From: Azolla caroliniana
Lineage: Eukaryota > Plantae > Polypodiophyta
Reading direction: 5' to 3'
Assembly (NCBI GenBank): GCA_043228905.1
Contig: JBHGNT010000010.1
Location: forward strand, 6,200,001 to 6,264,000
Length of the DNA: 64,000 nucleotides
Notes under the pieces: generated by a model
The model's database searches: none
Seen by the model: only the letters and a program-made list of their open reading frames with translations
Told to the model about the DNA's origin: nothing
Position numbers and translations under genes: made by a program
Shown: positions 25,750 through 42,421 of the stretch, piece by piece
Layout: every line of letters begins with the position of its first letter
How positions within the stretch are numbered: the first letter of the stretch is position 1

Positions 25750-26850
25750 ATACTTGTAAGTGAATGGTTTCTTGCTTGAGCCTTGAGCCATCTGTTTAAC
25801 ATCTTGGTTGAATTCGAAATCATCCTCTAGGTTACAAGCTAGTAAGCCTACTTTGAATTCCATCGGGAGTGACTAATTTATCGTCCATGAGCGGACTCCA
25901 TTCTTGCTCATGAACTTTTGTATATAGACTTGGACAGAATAGGTCTTATTACCCTTTCACAAGTATATTACATCGCATCCAAAGACCATTGACAACCAAC
26001 TAATCCTTACAAAACGTTGTCCCAACAAACAATTGTAAACAAGTTGGTTCATGGACCTCATCATAGACCTCGAGTTTGTGTCGCATAGTCGTAGCCTTAG
26101 GGGCTTTGGATGGAGCCATCTGCCATCCTAAGTTTTATGCTAGAAGCAACCATTCTAAGACTACCCTACTTTTACCAATAGTCAAATCATAATTCATGAT
26201 ACTAGTTCCTATACCCATGTCTAATATTGCAAGCATAATCATGCCGTTCTCATTTTTGTGTGAGCCTTGATGACCTTAGAGTTTTGTGGTGTTGTCACTA
26301 CAAGTTAGGAGTCGGCAACGGTTTATCTCAAGCCTTAACCGAGCTATTAAACCATTTTAAATGGTTTGGCCGTTTGCAGTTTGTTTCAGGCTTGAGCTTC
26401 CTTAACCAATTTAAGGTCAGTTTGGAATGGCTCAAGCCAAACTGAACCATAGCCTACGTGTAGTTCTCCTATGACCTTCCTAAGCATGTCATACCAAGGA
26501 TTTTGTTTCAATGGTAGCATGTCCTCAAATATGAGCTGAACAATCTTGGCCAGAATATGATCCAAACATTTATTCTCTAAATCTAGGCGTATGCCTATTC
26601 GAAATACTTCTCATATGTATAATTGGACTTTAGGTAGGAGGATTTGTTCCGTGTTTGGTTGTATTGTGATCCATTAAAAGGGTGATTATAATATTTTAGT
26701 TTTGTTGGGAATTCCCGTATCATGTGAAGACCTTGGCAATTGAAGCATTTGTTTTGGGTGGTGTGCTTTGGTCTTGTCCTCATTTCTTTCAATTCTCTTT
26801 GTAACATGTGCACATGAATTAGGTCATTCTTTACCTTCGTAGTTGTGCAA
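25750..26850 (-). mobile_element. Highly decayed retrotransposon gag/protease remnant
   Basis: Minus-strand KCFNCQGLHMIREF (eroded zinc knuckle, ~26710-26750) and AILDMGIGTSIM (aspartic-protease-like, ~26195-26230). A MITE-like AACC/GGTT stretch lies at ~26300-26460. Confidence 0.4.
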
Positions 26851-28206
26851 GGAAAACTTCATCGCTTTGTGGTACATTGTAATTAATTGGCAATTCATCA
26901 TGTGCATAAGATGGGTAATCCCCCTCAACTTTAGCCTCTATGTGAATAAGATGGGTAATCTCCTTCAACTTGGATATTCTAATTAGCCAATTGACTCCTA
27001 TGCATGGAAAAAGTGGTTGATGAGGCAAGATTGCCGGCTTGAGAGCTTTATTTGTGTAGGGAGGTGATTTATGATGTTCCACCAAGTGGTCCTTTTCTAA
27101 ACCTCTTATCAAGTGCCCTCCAACATTTACAATATGTATTGACAAATGCCTTGCAACATTTACAATATTGTATAGTAGCCTTGAGACGTGGGGCATTATA
27201 TATTTGCACATACCACAAAGCTTGTTCGATGTTTTACTCTCTTTTGAGAGGCTATTGTGTCTACGTGGAGGTTAAGGTTTCATTTGGTATCACAGTGGTT
27301 AATGTAGCCGTCTAAAACCCTATCATCGAATCCTCAAAGGTCATTACAGCCATAAGAGTTATGGAATAATGATCTACACAATCAGGTTATGAAAGTCATT
27401 AGCTTGAGATAGGTAATAAAGTCACCTACAATTTGTCTTGTAGCTTTCCTATGGGGATCATCAAATATCCCCTCTTCTAAAACAAGTTAATAGTGAAGTT
27501 TCAACTCTATATTTGAACCAACTATAGGCAACAAGCTACTAGTACACCCTTTCGACCTTGGATTTTTAAATTGCTCTTATTGTGACTATTATTTGTACAA
27601 AAAGGAAATAACATTCATGCAACTCCATTATCCATGATTAAATCGACAACTAATGCTTGTTGAAGAGATATTGAGAGAGGCTGCATGATTATGGCCAATG
27701 CAGCTGCGTGTGCATTAAGATCTATATTATCATCAACGCCTTTCAACAAGGTATGTAACCAGGTTAATCAAATCTATCACAATATATCTTATCACCAGAG
27801 TTCTAGAATACGGGATATAAAAGTTCCTGTCCATTGAACTACGGCAGCTGGCAAGATCAAGACCCCATTTTACAAAGTAAAGGTGTTCATTAACCTGGAG
27901 CAAGAATGTCTCATGGCTAATGCTAGGAGGAGAATAAGAAACATATGGCATCTAATTCATCTCATATGTAAATTCTACTATCTGAATTGCCCGTTTCTCA
28001 TGTCAAGAATGTTAAGGCCCAGATCTTACTAGGCAATTTTAAATTTGCACTAAAATTTCAAGGAAGCATTCGTTCAATACAATTCCATTGACAATATTTT
28101 CTCTACTTCCATGGCAGGCACTGCTTTTATAACCCTCCCATGTTTAAAGACTAAGTAAGTAAGCTCTGACCAAAACTGATGATTTGATATGAAAACTAGA
28201 AAAATT

Positions 28207-31200
28207 TCAAAGCTCATCATTGTACTGATGATCTTCTTCCTCGCCATTTGCTTCCTTGATCTCTTCTTCTTCTTGGAAGGATGGTTCATTTCCATCTTCA
28301 GAAAAAGTCTCAGCCTGAAAAATCCAAAAAACAAACAACTAATCAATAACAGAGAGGAATAATAATAAGAGATCAGTCATTGATATCCAAAATAGAAGAA
28401 TGATAGGATTAGATTGCAGCCTTTATATATTTGATTGGAATGCATTCCATATATGTATATATTTATATATACTACCAAATATCATATTCACTTTACCTTA
28501 TGATCCTCATTGGGTGTTTCAGATGTTTCTTCTACCTCTACCTCCTCTTCCTCTTCCTCTACTGTTGCATCTGGACTAACATTAAGATTTGTCCTCATTA
28601 CTGAATAAACCCGACTAGCAAATTCTTTAGGATCCTCCAACAGAAAACCACTCTCCAACAACGCAGTTTGATAGATAAGCTTTGCAGTCTGCTCTGCTAT
28701 TGCATCCTGCAGCATAACCTCAGAAATATCTGAGACACTTTCTTGGACAGTTATTTGGCATAGTAACTTCAGTAAAATATTTGTATCAAACTACTAAGAC
28801 TTTATCTTCAATTTGAAGTTTTTCATTGTTTTAGCATGCAAGCCTTTAGGGCATTTAAGACACTGGAGTGGATTATATTGACTTTTTATTTGGTCACTAC
28901 TTTTTCATCTCAAAACTCTTCAATATTTTCTATAGAAACAATCCCGGGTAACCTAGCTTCACTAATATCTGTATCCAAATTAGAGGGATAGCTAGGGATC
29001 AGCAACGGCTCAGATCAAGTGTAAACCGTTTAGCTTAACCGGTTTTTAACGGCTTAGCAGCTCGGCACGGCTTAGGCTTGGGCCTACCTAAACAGTTTGA
29101 GTTCCCACTTTAATTACTTTCATGCGTATTATGTAAAGACGTTATATTTTTGGTCTCATAAGTCATACTTGACCTTTGAAGACAATAATATACAGATAGA
29201 CAGATATTTAGAATGCAGTAAAAAAGCTTACTTCAGAATCTTGTGCAACTCTATCTCTTAATTCTTTAATTATGGGATGTCTTGGGTTAATCTCCAGAAC
29301 CCTCTTTCCACGCATATAGCTCTGCTTGTTGGCATCACTGAGAGTTTGTGATTGCATTATGCGCTCCATGTTTGCACTCCAACCATATTTGGAAGTAACA
29401 ACCACACCAGGTGTATCTGCCAAACGGTTACTGATTTTCACGGAATCCACATTTTCACTTGTAAGAAGCCCTTTCCACCAGTTAGTTAATTCTTTGAATG
29501 ATTCTTTGATTTCCTTTAGCTTGGAGTCCTTGCCAAGCTTTAATCCCTCCTTCGACACGTTCTGAAACTTCTTATCTTCATAGTCCATAAGATATTGCAT
29601 GAGATACTCATCAACTGGATCAGTGAAGTAGATTACCTGTGACAAGAGATAAATAACAATTTCTTTTTAGCAAACTTCTTATCAAGAAAATAACAATTCT
29701 ACCCTCCACACAAACAAATACCTCGTAGCCTTTCTTCTTTAACTGTTCCAAAAACGGAGACTTCTCTAGCTGCTCTTTGTTACTACCCGTAATGTAATAA
29801 ATATCTTTCTGGTTGGGCTTCATGCGAGAAATGTATTGGTCAAGTGATGCAAGCTTATCCCCAGACTTAGTACTGAATACAACACATGAAAACATTTAGA
29901 CAAATAGCAATGTTGTTTTTCCAAGCTAGATGAACACTTGCCTCTGAAACTCTTGTTACTAGTTATTAAAATTTAATGGATACTATATGACATACCTATG
30001 AAATCTGAGAAGCTTTGCAAGACGGTTTCTGTTGGTTGCATCCTCAATAATCCCAAGCTTGATTGACTTTCCAAACTCATTCCAAAACTTAGCATACTTC
30101 CCTCGGTTCTCATCTTCACCTTCAGTCTCTGCATCATCAGACATAATAAACACTCTTTAAGAAACTGAACCAGGACTAGACAGGATTATACTTTAAGAGT
30201 GATTAGAAATAATTACTGGACAAAAAACGGGAGAAAACACATTGTCCGTTTATGAGAATACCTCTACAATTTCAAAAATTTATTAGATACACCCAATCAA
30301 GTTCCATTGGGATATTTTGGTCATTTTCCTTATACAATATATGGCATATTCATCACCACGCTGGCTATTGCAGATATGAATCAAAGCTGTCAGTTTCCAT
30401 ACCCTCAGTTTCATCTGACTCTGCAGGATCATCCTCAGCTATCCGACGAATCATGTCTAAAGCTTTTCTCACTAGCTTTTTCTTTATTGTCTTTAAGCTG
30501 CTGGACTGTTGAAGCATTTCTCGAGAGACATTAAGAGGTAATGTATCAGAGTCAACAATACCCTGCAGAAGTAAAACGACATTCGGTTGAATTCCCAGAA
30601 TACAAACTCAAATGAGCATTGAGCTAACCATAATTTACCTTCAAGAATGCCAGGTACTTAGGCAGAAGTTCATCAAATTCTTCGGAGATGAAAACACGCC
30701 TTACGTAAAGCTTCAAGAAAGACTTGTTGCTGTAATAATTCTCATAAAGGTCATGAGGAGCCTTAGGTGGAACAAACAAGACTGCCTTGAATTCAACATC
30801 ACCCTCGGCATTAAAATGAGTCCACGCTAAAGGCTTATCTCCAGTCAAATCCTGTCAAAATGTAAAAACAATAAATTATAACCAAAATCATACTCACGAG
30901 AAGTCATTTAAATTGCCAGTACAAACAGATACACTTTTGTACAAACCTTGGCTATAGAGTGGAAAAATTTTGCATAATCTTCATCAGATATCTCCTTTGG
31001 ATTTCTCAACCAGATAGCCTTAATATCATTCAGAAGCTGCCAGTCCCAGGTAGTTTCTTTCACCTTCTTGGTCTTTGGTTCTGATAGAATACATTGAAGA
31101 CATCATCAATAAAATAGAAAGAGCGCTAAAAATAAAGTTGTCGTAGTCAAAATATGAGCATGAGACAAGGTAGAAGAACTCACTGGTCTCAGCATCTTCT

Positions 31201-33904
31201 TCTGTTTCTTCATCCTCGGTAGCTGAAAAACAAAGAGATACAACTAAGAAATGATTGATGAATGTCTTACATACATTCAGAACAAAAGCGCAGCAAAAAC
31301 CTGTTTTTTCTTCATCATCTTCAGAAGTTTCTTCAGCATCTGCCTCAACTTCAACATCCACTTCCTTGCTTGTCCACAAGTATATGGGGAAATTGATAAA
31401 CTCTGAATACTTTTGCACGAGGTCCTGAGCAATGTAGTGGCAAATATCAGTGTCCACATTGCAGAAACAAAGATCTATTTGAGGAAAATTCATACAACTA
31501 AATAACCTTAAGTTTATCCTCTTGCAAGTATTCACTGGCTTCCTCTTTCAAGTGCAACCTTATTTCGGTACCTCGTCCAAGAGGTTCGTTCTCTGTATCT
31601 TCAGATATGGCAAACGCACCATCAGCCTTCGACTCCCAGATATATCTTCAAAATATACAAAAATATTGCAAGTTTTAATCATGGTATAATGTCAAAAATT
31701 ATTGAGAAATCACTTAAATTAGTTAAATTTTTCTTTATTTCCCAAAATCCCTTCATCAACCCCTCCCACAAGATAGGTTCTTTTTGAGCTTTATGATAAA
31801 TTAATCCAATTTTCTCAAGTTTGTGAGGTATATTGACATTCATTCCATTTACCAACTCTAGGGGTTGAAAAGGGGGCACTTGAGGAAATTAAATGAAACC
31901 CAAAATAATTCTTACTAATTCTCATAACTATCCATAGAATATAAATGGCTGGATCACACAGTGAGAGAGAGAGGGTTACTGTTTGTCATCGTTGTGCTTG
32001 CTTATCACTTCTACATAATCAGCAACAAGGTATACAGAGTAGAAACCAACTCCAAATTGCCCAATCAAATTTAAATCTCCACCCTTTTGCATCTGCTCTA
32101 GAAAAGCTGCAGGTTGGAAAATTCATAGACAATTATGAAGTGCAGATACGTCTAAGAGATAAAGGATACCAGTAAAGTCTTCAACATAAACTAATTGTTC
32201 TAGAATCTAATACCTGAAGTTCCAGATTTTGCAATCGTTCCCAAGTTTTTGATAAGTTCCGCTTTAGTCATACCTATACCTCTGTCACGAATTGAAAGCA
32301 CCTTCTTCGCCTTGTCTAATTTGATCTATAATGTCATCAAACTGAAAGTTACTACAATTTTATCTGTGCAATGGTATAAAAGTGGAAGTAATCCTAACTT
32401 AAACTAATCCAAATGGCTAGAATGGAAAGAATTTATTAAAGGCAGAAATGAACCTGTATCTCTAATTTGGTATCATCTCCCTCTCCTAGAACCTCCTTGT
32501 CCGTTAAGGCCAAGAATCTGATTTTGTCAAGGGCCTATACAGTAAACGAAAAAGTCAGATCAGTGTTCACAAAGCTTCATCAAAGTTAGTAGGTTTTTCA
32601 CCCTAAGCACTACAGAGGTTGTATAGCTCAAATTTCATGTTATTAAATAGACCCTCGATTTACAATGCAATAGGTACCAACTAAACCAAGTGCGAATTAC
32701 AAGAAATTGAAACATTTCTCTTGGTTGTGTGTAGATACATTTGTCGGTCATTCAAGATGTCATTTCTTAATATTTGTTTGGAATATAAATAAACAAATAA
32801 ATAATAAAGCATTTTTTAAAAGATATTGTTGGAAGAAAAATAAATAAAGCATTACATCGGATGCGTTTGATATAAGCTCTCGAAGATATATATCTTTGTT
32901 ACTGTAGAGAGAATTGATGATTATATCCATCAGTCTCGAAACTTCAGCCTGGAATTCAAACTTCTCAGCCTTTGATCTGAAGGATCTTGACGAAATTGAC
33001 TCAGATTCCCTTCAAAAGAGAATATACGGATTAGTTCAGAAAAAAGAAGAAGTAATCAGAGCACGATGCATCAAGAACACATCAGTAAAGTGTTGTAATT
33101 AGTGAAAGAAAACAGATAGCAAATAAATCACATCAAATTTTGATATATAGGTGGAATTATATTGTAATTTACCTCTTGACAACATCTGAATCTGTGGAAA
33201 GGGCATCAGGAATTGCTCCAAAACCTTCTTCCACTCTGGGAAGATCGCCATTACCTTCTGCAACATCATTTGCTACAACTCGCACAACTGGATCTGAAGA
33301 AAATTTACCAAACTAGAAACCTTAGAATCAACCTCACAACAATGTACTTACAAGTTTACTCGAAAATAGACCACAAGATGCTTAGAACGATGAAATGAAG
33401 ATTTTTAATAATAGGTCATCTCCTATACATCTAAACGAAGTTCTTGAGCTTCAAAAAAAAAAGCTAATGCAACAAGAGAAACTGCAGGAAGTATTCTTCA
33501 TTATTAGGAAGAGTGACACTATGAGGGGAAGGCAAATTTCGCGAGTGATCCAATTCTCGGCTTGGACAGAACACTTCGTGAGCAGAGAACATCAAATCGA
33601 AGCTATGGGAGAGACAGCGTGCTAGATATCATGAAGAAAACCGAATCTACAAAGAAAAAGAAGGGAAATTTGCCTCCCTTGGAAGGAAATGACATCTGTA
33701 GATAGTAAACACATAGTGAAGGAATCTGAACATTCCTACCAAGACCAGAGCAGACACGTAGAAAGCGAAAGAGAAGAGAGAGAGAGAGAGAGAGAGCAGA
33801 GCATAGATCAAGGGAGTTCAAAAGAAGTACATACCATGATGATGGACGAGGAGGAAGACGGAGAGGAGGAAGAATGCGGCGATGGCGGAGGAGGATCGGA
33901 ACAT
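28207..33904 (-). CDS. HSP90B1: Endoplasmin / GRP94 (ER HSP90; SHEPHERD/HSP90.7 orthologue-like), ~17 exons
   Basis: Signal peptide [20 protein letters not shown] (exon 33835-33904), [14 protein letters not shown]...[76 protein letters not shown], last exon 28207-28314 ending YNDEL*. Confidence 0.95.
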
Positions 33905-34041
33905 GGTTTTCGTTCGTGCGCGATGCAGCAGAGCAGGCGATGGAAGAAGACGAAGCAGGATCAACAGGAAAGAAAATACACAGAAAAAAATGTAATGTCG
34001 ACTGAACAGGCGTTTTTTTTGAGAGATCTGCTTCTCTTTAT

Positions 34042-34059
34042 AGAGAGAGAGAGAGAGTA

Positions 34060-34097
<38 letters not shown>
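34042..34097. repeat. Adjacent (GA)n and (TC)n tracts next to the GRP94 TATA box
   Basis: AGAGAG...gtacta...TCTCTC; minus-strand TATAAA at ~34037-34042. Confidence 0.8.
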
Positions 34098-34101
<4 letters not shown>

Positions 34102-34285
34102 TTCACACTCAGAAATCTGAGTGTCTCTTCGTTGTTCAAACTTCAGTGTATGTATGCATATGTCAGTCATCATGTACATACATACATATACATTCATACA
34201 CATATACATGTACAAATACATATATGTATGTCCATAGATACATACATATACATAGATACTACACGCGCTTTGTCCATATGGTTCG

Positions 34286-34314
34286 CGATGATGTATTGTT
34301 GTGTCCACGTGTCG
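34286..34314 (-). promoter_or_regulatory. Candidate bZIP/UPR elements upstream of GRP94
   Basis: CGACACGTGGA on the minus strand (34304-34314) and TCATCG (UPRE-III-like) on the minus strand at 34286-34291. Confidence 0.5.
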
Positions 34315-34880
34315 ACTGAATGTACACATGTTTTTGTTATGGAAATGCGCAAGCCGTTTCGCCGTCTTCCCGCATTATCGATAATCCGAGAGTGATTTGA
34401 GCTGAGGAGGCCGAAAACACGCGCAAAGATGAATAGTGTTTTCTGTGTGTTTGTCTTGATTAGGCATATGTGTAGAAGGTATTCCCAATGTGTTATATCG
34501 TGGATGAAGCAATTGTGAATTTATGCATCAAATTATATAAAGTACATTGGCATATCTCCGCCCCTCTTCATTGGATTTGAGGACACAATGTGAAGTGGTT
34601 TTTACTTGGCATCTCTTACTTCCATCGATGCCACTTTTGCAACGCTCTTCGTAAGAGCTTCTGTCCTTCATCGGTGGAACACAAAATGAATTTGCGTAGT
34701 CTCAATCAATCTAGAAACATCCGTCAACCTGAAGCTTTCAAGAGTACAATAGTAATTCGTAAAGTTAGCCCGAAAATAAGCCTCTTACATTGCATATATC
34801 GATGCTTGCTTTTGTGTTGGGTGGACAAGAAGCATATGAACAAAACGAAGAGAAGACAAGAAAGCATGGAGGTGGCATGG

Positions 34881-35062
34881 TAGTATTCATGAAAGAGGTG
34901 TTGTGCCATGCCATCTTATTGACGAAGGTGCCTAACATTCAAAATGTTACTACGTGAAGGTTCAACAAAATTAGTATTCACGAAAGAGGTGTTGTGCCAT
35001 GCCGTCTTATTCATGAACGTGTCTAACATTCGAAATGTTACTACGTGAAGGTTCAACAAATT
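34881..35062. repeat. Two-copy 91-bp tandem duplication in the intergenic region
   Basis: TAGTATTCA(T/C)GAAAGAGGTGTTGTGCCATGCC... at 34881 and 34972. Confidence 0.9.
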
Positions 35063-35705
35063 TAGGGCTACATTCATGCATTATTCTCTCATGAAAAGGT
35101 AACTAATTGCCACACTCTCGCTTGGTCGAACAGGAAGATAACTAACATAAGCGAAACCAATTTTCCTCCTACGAGACCACGCTACATTCTTCGTGTTGTC
35201 CTGGCCGTGGTTTGTGACAAGGGTAGTGGGAAGTTTTATCCGGAGTCCGAACAGGAGCACCAGACCTTCCGCATCGCACAATCAGGATCGGACGAGATCA
35301 TATTGAACCTTATCGGACTGGACCAAATCAAATTGAACTGAATCAGACTAGACCAAATCTGTCCGAACCGGACTGGATTGAATTGGATGATCTTCGAAGA
35401 GGTCTTCGTGAAGTGGGGTGGGTGGGTGGGTGGGGGTGGTGTGTCATGCAAGAAGAGAACCCACCCACCAAGCAAAGTCGGTTTTTTGGCTTTTATTTCT
35501 ATGTCTTACAGACGGTGGGAGAAAGTTAGTTAGTTTTTACATTTGAATATATGTATGTACATAAATAATAGAAAAACAATCAAATCTTCTAGAAAGGGGA
35601 GGAAGGTTCTAGAGAAAAGAAGTGGGGATCGGACGGTGGGGATGCGACGAAGGCCAGCGCGCGAGATCGGACGGCATCGGGAGGCCCCAGCGGCGAGGAT
35701 GGATG

Positions 35706-35801
35706 CCATTGGCTGGCGCAGGGCCAAGACGTGTGGGGCGGCATCCCATTGGTCGCCCGCTCCTGACGTGGGCTGGAACTAACCACGGGCCGACACGTGG
35801 A
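35706..35801 (+). promoter_or_regulatory. UPR/ERSE-like cluster upstream of BiP
   Basis: Two ATTGG (reverse CCAAT) boxes, TGACGTGG UPRE core (35764-35771), CCACG, CGACACGTGGA (35791-35801), and TATAA at ~35892. Confidence 0.65.
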
Positions 35802-36196
35802 AATTCAGGAAATTAGAAAATAGAGGAAATTAAAAAGGCTTTTTTTTTTCTCTCTCTCTCCCTGTGTCTTCTTCTTCACTCTCCTCGCTCTTATAACTCG
35901 CACAGAGAGAGCTTCTTCTTGCCATCGCCATCGCCATAGCTACTTTCTCTCTATCTCTCTGCGTACAGACAGACACACAGACAGACACACGGACAGACAC
36001 AGACAGACCGACGGACTGACAGATCTCTGTAGATAGAGACTGATAGAAGCACCCCCCCCGGTTCTGCAATCTGAAGGACTGAAGAAGCGCCATAGCTGCC
36101 CGCTCATAGATTCGTCCACCAGGCTTCCTTCCTCTGATCTCCCCCTCTCCTCCTCTGCCTTCCGACGCTCGTTTTGTTCGTCTTTCTCTCTCCCCT

Positions 36197-39915
<3,719 letters not shown>

Positions 39916-40239
39916 AAGGACAGAGGTTAAATCTTCTGCTGAACTTCCTTCTTTTTTTGAGGTTAAAACATTTACACATCCCATGATGGGCTTTGCCTGA
40001 CATTTGAATCAATGGTTCAATCGGTTCCGTCTAGAAAGAGAGAAAGAAAGAAACAAGTTAAAATAGAACAAAAATTATCTTCACTATGTTGTTGAACCCC
40101 AAACAAAAAAAAACACTCTTGTAGATGAGCTCTTTATTAATTTGATAAGTTATTTTGTGAAGTTTTTTCAGTATAAGAATTTGAACTTTGGAAAGTTTTT
40201 TTCTATTTTGAAGCTTCCTTGGTAGTAAATAAGCTTTTA

Positions 40240-40720
40240 ATGTATGTCAGTGGATGATCCTCTAGATTATGTTCCAATTCTTATATATCTATTGTGATCT
40301 GTTGCTAATTTTGGTGGATCTGAATGAGCTGAATTGTGTGACCTTCAGTCTATATTCTTGACCTGGCAGAAGAAGGATTTCATCGAGAGGAAACATACAA
40401 TTATGTTCAATGTTTATGTATACTGTGTCTAATTACCACATTTGATGAATCTCAATGACCTGTGTTGTGCTATATCGTGTTCTGTTGCTACATTTGATGG
40501 AGCTGAATGACCTGCCATGTCTGATATCTTGTCTATAAACATTTGTGCTTGACCTGCCAGAACAAAAACTTCACAGTGATCAGATAAGCCGACAATGTTG
40601 TATGTCAGTTGTTTATCTCTAGATCATGTTCAATGTTTATATGTATCATGTCTAATTGCCACAGTTGATGGGTCTCAATGACCTGCATTGTGCTACATTT
40701 TGATTATTACTAACATTTGT
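40240..40720. repeat. Degenerate compound tandem repeat downstream of BiP
   Basis: Recurrent blocks TGTATGTCAGT..CTCTAGAT.ATGTTC, ATGTTCAATGTTTAT, TTGATG..TCTCAATGACCTG and CTTGACCTG.CAGAA. Confidence 0.7.
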
Positions 40721-41965
40721 TCCTTACTAGGGGAATTATACGAGGTCTTCAACAATAGTATTGTGGGATATTGAACATCCAAACTGTTGCTAGTATTTGA
40801 CATAGCATTAGTTAGCTGATGTAGCAGAGTTGATTAAGCATAGCCTATCTCTTTTAACTAAATTGGCTATAAGTAACTTAGTTGCATCCTTATTACTTCT
40901 TGAACTTCTTTACCTTGTATTGCTTTACTTGTCGAGCGAGCCACTTTGATAAGATGTTGATATCGGACCATTTAGCGTGGGTGTATTAGGGGCATTTTAC
41001 ATGTTGCCTAGTTGTTTTGTAATGTAGGAGCTATACAATTTGACATCACATGGCAAATCCTTATTATTTTACGGTAAACCACTTGGCTTCCATCCCCTTT
41101 TAAATATGCACATTTTTTGTAATGTGAAAAATCTAATGATGTATAATCCATTGGCAACTTCTCATGTTAGACGTTGAATTGCTTGGAAAGGTGAATAGAA
41201 ATATATCAGGAAATACAATATTAGGACATTTGTATGAAACAAAGTTGATGAAATGTAGGCAAATGGGATGATATGTATGAGATTCCATTGGACCAAGAGC
41301 TATGTTCACTCCAAAGCTTCGATAATGTATGAAGCACTCTTTTACATTTTCGTAATGGGCAAATCTCATTCAAGACCTCATTGAAGAAGTGAGTGCTTTA
41401 CTTCCATACTTGTAAATGAAGCGTAGATTTTAACCCACCATGATTTATTTTTTATTTGTTCTATCTATTCCCTAGTTTCTTGTCTTATGAAAGACTTTTC
41501 TTTTTCTTCACATTAATCCCGCATACTAAGTAAGGTGTCACTTGAGTATTCTTCCAAAAGAAAACACACAATTCATCATCATATCGGAGAGCATTTAAAA
41601 AGGCTTATGCATAATGTCCCCTTCGCTTGTCTAATTTGATGACTCTCGAGTCTGAACTATCACCATGATACAAATTAAATTTTCTTCAACATCCGTAAGA
41701 TATATTAGATTGTCTTGGATATGGATAATATGTTTTCTCACCTATATTTCATGTAAATGTGTCTTGTTTGTTAGTTTTCATCTTTTTCTTTTACTTCTAA
41801 CCCCTTTCAAGTCTCTTTTCAACCACCATCCCCTAGTCGTATTGTGTTCAAGTGTTTCAACGTTTCAATTCATCTTGCAAGAAAGAGAACATTGACCATA
41901 TACAAATGTAAGAGCATGCAACATGTAATTAACCTCATAAATAGAGAGACAACTTCCGTCCCTCC

Positions 41966-42421
41966 TAACAATCGACAACGGTTCGGTTTGAACTTAACCG
42001 AACCGCGAAACCATGGTTTAACTGTTTAAACTGTTCAGTTCGGTTTCAACAGTTAGAACCGCAAATTAAATGGTTTAACGGTTTTTTTATTATTTATTTT
42101 AAATTTTAAAAAATTTTAAAAATTGGGTTTAAACAATCTTTTCATCTTCATGCCTCATTCTCACATTTTAGGAAAATCTATAAATTTTTGAAATTTTAAA
42201 TAATGAAATATTTTAAATTTAAATTTTATTTTTTTTGACCACACTGAAAATCGAAACCGAACCACGAAACCGCGGTTTTACCGGTTTAATGGCTTAACGG
42301 TTTGAACTTTTTTAATGGTTCGGTTTAACGGTTTCGTGGTTCGATTCGGTTTAGTTCAGGTTTCTAAATTTTTAAACGGTTCGGTTTTGACCCTCTTGAA
42401 CCGAACCGTTGCCGATTGTTA
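41966..42421. mobile_element. Non-autonomous hAT-type MITE (456 bp)
   Basis: TIR TAACAATCG(A/G)CAACGGTTCGGTT, 8-bp TSD GTCCCTCC (41958-41965, 42422-42429), and many AACCG/CGGTT subterminal motifs. Confidence 0.9.

Noticed and set aside
40440-40525. C/D-box snoRNA cluster (TGATGA...CTGA)
   Set aside because: The box-like words are part of degenerate repeat units. I found no terminal stems and no recognisable rRNA antisense guide.
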